A DNA stretch of 13,360 nt from an uncultured Trueperaceae bacterium (GTDB lineage: Bacteria; Deinococcota; Deinococci; Deinococcales; Trueperaceae): the NCBI GenBank assembly GCA_963727505.1, contig CAVSGP010000012.1, positions 1 through 13,360 of the forward strand, written 5' to 3'. The notes beneath the pieces were generated by a model, which had not been told where the DNA came from, made no database searches, and saw only the letters and a list, made by a program, of their open reading frames with translations. The translations under genes and the position numbers were made by a program. Positions 7,772-13,360 of the stretch are shown here, piece after piece (the stretch's first letter is position 1; the number at the start of each line of letters is the position of its first letter).

Positions 7772-8741
7772 CTCGACGCGCAGATCGCCGCTGATCCGGC
7801 GAACAGCTCTAGCACGGCATCCGATATTGGCGGACTGCAGCAGCTCAGGCGCCGCTGAATCCCGTTGCGCCTCGGCCCAAGCGGGCTGCCGCCATCGCTG
7901 CCGTCCTGGCGTTCATGGCTTCATACCTCATCGTCTTCTTGCGGTCGGCCCTCGACTCGAAGTACCCCTCCATCGACGAGCTGGGCCGCGATGCGGACCT
8001 GAGCATCCTCGGCGAGTTCCCGAAGCTGGGCGCCAAGGCTAGGCTTCCCCCCCGGAGCACGTCAATTCTCTCCGGACCAATGTTGCGTTCGCATCGGCAT
8101 CCATTCCATCCGAAGGTGTTCGTGTTCACGAGCGCGGACCCCGGCGACGGCAAGACCACGCTCGCCGTGAACCTCGCCGAGGCCTATGCTAGGAACGAGT
8201 ACCGGACGCTCCCAATCGACGCCGACCTGCGCAAGCCGGATGTCGGCAACATGCTCGGCATCGAGCCCGACGAGTCGTGGGACCTGCTGGCGCTCCTTCA
8301 GAACCCGTCGCTCGAGATCTCCTTGCGATCCGTCGACGTGGGCGGCGCCTTCTTCCAGGTCCTCCCCACCAAGCGCGAATCGTCGCGCGCGACGGAGTTG
8401 CTCTCGCGGAACTTCAAGGGTGTTCTCAGCCGAATTCACGACTTCGACGTCATCGTCATCGACTCCGCACCGATCCTGCCCGTAGCCGACTCACTCACCA
8501 TCGCACCCTACGCCAGCGGAGTCATCCTCGCCGCGAGCCTCGTCGACACGGACAAGCGGCCCATGCGCAGCGCCCTCGGGCTGCTCCAGCGGCTGGGCGT
8601 CCAAGTCATGGGCCTGGCCGTGACCCAAGTTCCGGAGACGCACGCCAAGCGCCGAGGGTCAGGTTACGGATACGGATACGGTTATGGGACCGGCTACGGG
8701 AACGGAAACGGGTCCGACCGGGAGAAGCCGCGGTCCTCGAC
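7772..8741 (+). pseudogene. wzc: Decayed second wzc-type BY-kinase (5'-truncated, internal deletion, compensating frameshifts, stop codon lost)
   Basis: Aligns to the first copy from 6451 onward (LDAQIAAD...SDIGGLQQL). ~85-nt deletion at 7843-7848; -1/+1 frameshift pair at ~8055 and ~8106; kinase domain roughly 85% aa identical to copy 1; homology ends just after the Tyr cluster. Confidence 0.88.
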
Positions 8742-9170
8742 GCACTCATCCGCAAGATCCACGAAGCCAAAGAATCGCGCAGCCCTACCGTCACCATCTG
8801 GGGCACCGGCACCGTCAAACGCGAGTTCCTCCACACCGACGACCTCGCCGCCGCCGCCCTCTTCCTCCTCGAGCACGTCTCGGAACCCGGCCCCATCAAC
8901 GTCGGCACCGGCAAGGACATCACCATCAACGAACTGGCCGCCCTCATCGCGGACGTCGTCGGCTACCGGGGCGAGTTCGAGCACGACACCAGCAAGCCCG
9001 ACGGCACGCCCCGCAAACTCCTCGACGTCTCACGCCTCAAGGACCTCGGCTGGGAAGCGAAGATCGGGCTGCGCGAAGGGATCGAGCGGACGTACCGGGC
9101 CTACCTCGAGAGCTCGGGCGTACGTGCCGGCGACGAGGCGCACGAACGTCGTAGCGGCGGGCGAGACTGA
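8733..9170 (+). pseudogene. fcl: 3' fragment (~145 codons) of GDP-L-fucose synthase
   Basis: VLDALIRKIHEAK...VTIWGTGTVKREFLHTDDLA...INVGTGKDITINELA...DTSKPDGTPRKLLDVSRLKDLGW matches the Fcl/WcaG C-terminal half. The Rossmann GxxGxxG and YxxxK motifs and a start codon are absent. Confidence 0.92.
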
Positions 9171-9173
9171 ACC

Positions 9174-10004
9174 ATGGCGCGAACGGAGCCGACGACCTCC
9201 CCGCAGCACCCTCCTCCCGGCAGCACCACGGACCCTTCCGAACGGCAACCACCGTCGAGGCACGTGCTCGGGATGCGGGTGGACGCCACCAGCTACGACG
9301 CGGCCGCGCGGCAGGTATGCGACTGGGCCGGGCAGCACGAGGCGCGCTACGTCTGCGTGGCCAACGTCCACATGACCATGGTCGCCACCGATGACAGCGC
9401 CTTCCGCGAGCTCGTCAACCACGCCGACCTGGTGACGCCCGACGGCATGCCCCTGGTGTGGATGCTGGGGCGCCTGGGCGTCCCGTCCGCGACGCGCGTC
9501 TACGGCCCCACCCTGATGCTGCACGTGTGTGAGTTGGCCGCGAGCGAGGGCGTCCCCGTGGGCTTCTACGGCGGCACGGAGGAGGTCCTGACGGACCTCC
9601 GGAGCGTCCTACGGACCCGCTACCCCGAGCTCGACGTCGCCTATGCCCACGCGCCGCCCTTCCGCGACCTCACCCCGGAGGAGGACACACAGGTCGTGGC
9701 CGACCTCCGCGCCTCGGGAGCGCGGATCCTCTTCGTGGGCCTGGGCTGCCCCAAGCAGGAGCGCTGGATGGAGGCGCACAAGGACCGGCTGCCGCTGGTG
9801 CAGCTCGGCGTCGGCGCGGCGTTCGCGTTCCATGCGGGCCACGTCAAGCAGGCACCGTCGTGGTTGCAGGACCGGGGGCTGGAGTGGGCGTTCCGCCTGG
9901 TCGCGGAGCCGCGTCGACTGTGGAAACGCTACTTCTACAACAACCCGCGGTTCATGGTGCTGGCGGCGTGGCAGCTCCTCCGTCGCCGTCGCGCGACGCC
10001 TTGA
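9174..10004 (+). CDS. WecB/TagA/CpsF family glycosyltransferase (GT26)
   Basis: VLGMRVD, VCVANVH, ADLVTPDGMPLVW, RVYGPTLM, FYGG, PPFR, ILFVGLGCPKQERW, GVGAAF, APSWLQDRGLEWAFRLVAEPRRLWKRY; starts 3 nt after the fcl stop. Confidence 0.95.
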   Translation: MARTEPTTSPQHPPPGSTTDPSERQPPSRHVLGMRVDATSYDAAARQVCDWAGQHEARYVCVANVHMTMVATDDSAFRELVNHADLVTPDGMPLVWMLGRLGVPSATRVYGPTLMLHVCELAASEGVPVGFYGGTEEVLTDLRSVLRTRYPELDVAYAHAPPFRDLTPEEDTQVVADLRASGARILFVGLGCPKQERWMEAHKDRLPLVQLGVGAAFAFHAGHVKQAPSWLQDRGLEWAFRLVAEPRRLWKRYFYNNPRFMVLAAWQLLRRRRATP

Positions 10005-10032
10005 GCGAACGGCCACCGGCACCCCGGGCCCC

Positions 10033-11373
10033 CTACCGCCACTCCCTCCGCAGCGCCCTACTCGCCAGGTCGCTGCGGAACGCGACCTCCGGGAGCGCCT
10101 CGAACATCGACTCGTAGCCCTGCGGAACCGCGATGTCGCCCAACGTGAGCATCCGCACCCCCACACGGCGACCGGCGACCAGCATGCGGCCACCCCGAGC
10201 ACGCACCTCATCGAGCGCCTGCCGCACACCCGCCATGTCACCCCCATAGAACCGCGGATCCACGATCCGATCCGCCGTATCCGCCCCCACCACGAACACG
10301 CTACCCGGGAACAACCGCGCCTTCCCCGTGAACAACGGCTCCCGCGTCAGCACCAACGGCGCCGTACCCGTGAACTGCAACGCCCGCCGCCGGCCCTCGA
10401 ACAGGCCGATCGGGCTCTTGTCCGCGTTGACCAGCGGCAGCTCGAACACCGGGCGGGCATGACCGCCGTCCACGCGCCGCGCCGCCACCTCCGCCAGCTC
10501 CAGGTGCCCGTCATGCACCGGATTGAACGAGCCGGAGAGCAGCACCACCGTCGGCGCGTCGCCCCCGCCCCCCGGCAGCTCACTGGTCAGCGTGCCGTCG
10601 GGACGCACCACCACGTAAGGACGCGCGCCGGCATCGAACTCCGCCAACAGCGGAGCGGGCTCGAAGCTCACCTCGAGCTCCTCTCCGACCTCCAACGCCA
10701 ACAGCGTGGGACGGAGCACGCCGCAGGCGTCCGCGACGGCGCGCAACACCAGCTGACTCGCCACCCGCTCCTCGCCCGCCCGATCGCGAGCGCCCTTGGT
10801 GAGCGTGAGGGCATACGTGGCGGTACCAAGCCCATCGCGCACCGCCACCACCACCCGGTGGCCACCCTTCTTGAACCGGTCCGTGGCGATCGAGGCCGTG
10901 CAACCCAGGCCGAAAACCGGAACGGGAACCCCGGCCTCGCTCGGCACGGCGTCGCCCGGCCGGTGCGTGGGCACGATCCGGGCGCCCGCCGTGAGGGCGC
11001 GGGCGCGGCGCCACGCCTCCAGCGCCATGGCCCGCGCGGCCCGCTGCGAGGTGGCGCGCGCCGGCGTGAAGCCGATCCACTGCGCCAGCGACTGGCCCAT
11101 GTAGGGGTCGACGGCTTCCAACACCGTTCGCGACGAACCGCCCACGGCGTGCAGCCAGCCCAGCGCCTGGGCTCCGGCGCCGGCGAATACCATGACCATC
11201 CGGTGCGGCGTGGCATGGAGCTCGCGCACCAGCGGCAGCATCCGCTCGTAGGCGTCGCCGGTCTTCGGCGGACGGCCGGCGTGCGCACCGGCATCCGGAC
11301 CGGCATGCGGACCGGCGCCCGGAACCGCGCGCGGACCCGCCCGAGGACCGCGGTGATGCCCGTCGTCGCTCAT
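10033..11373 (-). CDS. CinA/PncC-like domain fused to an HxGH nucleotidyltransferase (putative NMN/NaMN adenylyltransferase-like)
   Basis: C-terminal LLSGSFNPVHDGH, FEL..VNADK, PLFTGKARLFPGSVFVVGADTADRIVDPRFY, terminal DLASRALR (ISST-like). N-terminal GAGAQALGWL..GGSSRTVLEAVDPY...ARAMA...GLGCTASIATDR resembles the CinA C-terminal fold. Confidence 0.8.
   Translation of the reverse strand: MSDDGHHRGPRAGPRAVPGAGPHAGPDAGAHAGRPPKTGDAYERMLPLVRELHATPHRMVMVFAGAGAQALGWLHAVGGSSRTVLEAVDPYMGQSLAQWIGFTPARATSQRAARAMALEAWRRARALTAGARIVPTHRPGDAVPSEAGVPVPVFGLGCTASIATDRFKKGGHRVVVAVRDGLGTATYALTLTKGARDRAGEERVASQLVLRAVADACGVLRPTLLALEVGEELEVSFEPAPLLAEFDAGARPYVVVRPDGTLTSELPGGGGDAPTVVLLSGSFNPVHDGHLELAEVAARRVDGGHARPVFELPLVNADKSPIGLFEGRRRALQFTGTAPLVLTREPLFTGKARLFPGSVFVVGADTADRIVDPRFYGGDMAGVRQALDEVRARGGRMLVAGRRVGVRMLTLGDIAVPQGYESMFEALPEVAFRSDLASRALRREWR
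11276..11347. repeat. Degenerate 12-bp tandem repeat x6 encoding a (GPxA)n N-terminal extension
   Basis: ccggcgtgcgca/ccggcatccgga/ccggcatgcgga/ccggcgcccgga/accgcgcgcgga/cccgcccgagga. Confidence 0.75.
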
Positions 11374-11379
11374 GGTCCC

Positions 11380-11388
11380 ATTGTGGCA
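11380..11388 (-). promoter_or_regulatory. Putative extended -10 (TG-c-CACAAT) 6 nt before the ATG: leaderless transcript
   Basis: Minus strand ggTGcCACAATgggaccATG; the spacing places the TSS on the start codon. Confidence 0.5.
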
Positions 11389-11447
11389 CCTGCCACCTTC
11401 GGCGCGGTCCCCGTTCGCCCTGCGGAACGCCGAGGGCGCACGCAGAC

Positions 11448-11475
11448 GGGGCGGGCCCGCGATCGGGTCCGCCCC
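11448..11475. terminator. GC-rich hairpin (12-bp stem, 4-nt loop) downstream of the 11533 stop; possible terminator without a U-tract
   Basis: ggggcgggcccg-cgat-cgggtccgcccc, with one non-Watson-Crick position. Confidence 0.4.
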
Positions 11476-11532
11476 TCGGATGGCGCCAACCGTTCGGTCG
11501 GCCGGCGCCCGTGGGTCACCGTCGCCGCTAGC

Positions 11533-13360
11533 TCAGGGCGTGATCTCCGTGATCTGCGTCGACCAGTTGGCCAGGATGCTACGGGTGTGGTTGCACGTCG
11601 TGTCGTTGAGGAAGTCGGTGTAGGAGCAGGTCTTGTTGATGTCCTCAGACGCGATCCACAGGTTCCCTGACGAATCCACCGCGCCGGCGCCGTAGTCGCC
11701 CCAGCGTGGGCGGTTGCCACCGAGCCAGTACTCGCTGAAGCCGTCCTGCGGGCCCGCCCCGGCGTTGGCGACGACGATATCGCCGGTGGTGCCGTCGGAG
11801 CCGATGGGCACGTAGGCTGCGCTCGGGTAGTAGTGGTGTCCAGTCAACGTAACGGCGATGGCGCCGTGACCGTCTGCGTTCATGGCGATGGCCGGGAACA
11901 GCACGTTGGCCCCGGTGGGTGCGATCACGCCGGTGTGCATCAGGCTGGCCGACAGCGCGCCGCCGGCCATGCCGGGCGTGAGGTCGTACCAGGCGACGCC
12001 CGTCTGGTTGGCGCCGTGGCTGTGGCCGCCGGCCGGAGCACCCTGCGTGATGGTCGTCAGCGCGGCCCACAGGTGGCCGTCAACCAACACCGTCTGCTTC
12101 ATGCCGCTGTCGTTGGTGGCGATGCCGCCCTCCTGCTGGTGGTGCGGGGCCTTCTGGCCGAAGACGACGACACCCAGCTTGCTGCTGAGGAGGTCCGCGA
12201 GCGGCACGTCGCCGCCCTTCTGCGGGACTTCGGGCGGCGGGTCGCCGTAGGCGCCCACGGGCACACGCACGCTGCTCAGCGTGAGCGCCGGGCTGTCGGT
12301 GTTGAGCGAGTTCGTTCCGTCGAGCGCCCACACGTCGATCTCGTTGGCCGAAGACTCAAAGACGGTGGTCGCACTCGTGAAGTACTCGGTACCGTTGGCG
12401 GTGGCCGTCTGGTTGCCGACCGGGATGGCCGGGGCCACGGAGTAGCCGGGCACGCCGCCGACGTCGACCATCGGCATGGCGACGACCTGAACGGTCGCCG
12501 CGTTCACCAGCTTGTCCTTGCTGAGCGCGTAGACCCATGCGCCGTTGTAGCCGGGGCCTGAGAACGGGAAGCTGTCCGTGGTGATGTAGACGCCGTTGGC
12601 ATCGACCGCGAAGTGGGGGTAGTCGCCCAGGTTGAAGTTGCTCGCCCCGTCACTGGTCACGTCGAGGTGGTAGTAGGTCCACGCGCCACGAGGGTCGCCC
12701 GTGTTGCTGACCGCCAGGTCGATGGTGTTCTGGCCCGTGAAGTCGCCGGCATGCACACCACTGGGGACGACATCGAGCGTCAGCACCGTCAGGAACCAGC
12801 GGTCGCTGGCCGCGTCGTAGTGGCATGAGGGGTCGGTGACGAAGGGCCCGAACACGTCGTTGCTGGGATCGGTGTAGCGAACGATCGCCGACGGATATCC
12901 GAAGAACTGGTTCAACGAGGCCACGCCCTGGCCGGCGCCCGTTGCGGCGTCGTAGACCTGGGCCACGTCGTTGACGGCCTCGAGCACGAAGCCATTGCCG
13001 ACGCACAACCCCTGGTCGGGGGGCTCGGTGCTGAACTGCTGGGCGCTGTCGGCGTAGCGCTGATCGAAGTGGTTCAGGCCTTCGAAGGTGTTGAGCCCCC
13101 CGGGGCCCGCCACGACGCCGACGCTGTTGGCCGACGGCACCGAGAAGCCGACTTGCGTCTTCTGCGGGATGCGGTTGACGATGCGGCCGTTGGGCGAGCC
13201 TGCCGAAGCATCCTGTTCGGTCTCGGCCTTCGGGAGCTCGGGGCTCTGGAGGCCATAGTCCGTGCCCATGGCCGTGGTGACGAACTGCGTCGTGCCGGCC
13301 GGGACGAGCGTCCGCGCGGAGGCGGACACGCTCGCCGTCCCCAACGTCGGCGCCTTGGGC
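11533..13360 (-). CDS. Large, probably exported beta-rich hypothetical protein (>600 aa; 5' end outside the window)
   Basis: Frame is open to the window edge (PKAPTLGTASVS...). G/T/D/N/S/aromatic-rich, with motifs EPPDQGLCVG, DPSCHYD, GDYP, FPAIA and RWGDY, and a C-terminal Cys pair. Signal peptide not visible in the window. Confidence 0.8.
   Translation of the reverse strand, partial: PKAPTLGTASVSASARTLVPAGTTQFVTTAMGTDYGLQSPELPKAETEQDASAGSPNGRIVNRIPQKTQVGFSVPSANSVGVVAGPGGLNTFEGLNHFDQRYADSAQQFSTEPPDQGLCVGNGFVLEAVNDVAQVYDAATGAGQGVASLNQFFGYPSAIVRYTDPSNDVFGPFVTDPSCHYDAASDRWFLTVLTLDVVPSGVHAGDFTGQNTIDLAVSNTGDPRGAWTYYHLDVTSDGASNFNLGDYPHFAVDANGVYITTDSFPFSGPGYNGAWVYALSKDKLVNAATVQVVAMPMVDVGGVPGYSVAPAIPVGNQTATANGTEYFTSATTVFESSANEIDVWALDGTNSLNTDSPALTLSSVRVPVGAYGDPPPEVPQKGGDVPLADLLSSKLGVVVFGQKAPHHQQEGGIATNDSGMKQTVLVDGHLWAALTTITQGAPAGGHSHGANQTGVAWYDLTPGMAGGALSASLMHTGVIAPTGANVLFPAIAMNADGHGAIAVTLTGHHYYPSAAYVPIGSDGTTGDIVVANAGAGPQDGFSEYWLGGNRPRWGDYGAGAVDSSGNLWIASEDINKTCSYTDFLNDTTCNHTRSILANWSTQITEITP

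Noticed and set aside
8277..9170. 297-aa ORF as a full-length GDP-fucose synthase
   Set aside because: The first ~150 codons are off-frame wzc sequence; no NAD(P)-binding or YxxxK motif.
7915..9375. 486-aa ORF as an intact BY-kinase with a Ser/Pro-rich tail
   Set aside because: It lacks the N-terminal half, and the tail is the off-frame reading of fcl and the GT start.
10005..10032. Bidirectional terminator between the convergent GT and nucleotidyltransferase genes
   Set aside because: The 28-nt gap has no convincing stem-loop or T-tract.
9643..11670. 675-aa plus-strand ORF
   Set aside because: Overlaps the GT gene off-frame and is antisense to the nucleotidyltransferase; Arg/His-rich shadow composition.

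Overview
High-GC window from a diderm bacterium; several extended -10 promoters (TGn-TANNNT), one leaderless-type start and the envelope proteins suggest Deinococcota (inference). From left to right on the minus strand: two coupled hypothetical genes (ATGA overlap at 626-629, the downstream one frameshifted); two exported paralogues sharing a ~91-aa Cys-flanked C-terminal domain, one on a predicted 8-stranded outer-membrane barrel and the other on a lone beta-hairpin; and a frameshift-split TolC-like gene. Divergently on the plus strand is a collapsed polysaccharide locus: an intact wzc-type BY-kinase, a decayed second wzc fused by deletion to the 3' part of GDP-L-fucose synthase (fcl), and an intact WecB/TagA/CpsF glycosyltransferase. 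The window ends with a minus-strand CinA/PncC-like + HxGH nucleotidyltransferase fusion and a large, probably exported beta-rich protein that runs off the right edge. No RNA genes, CRISPR array or transposase were seen.
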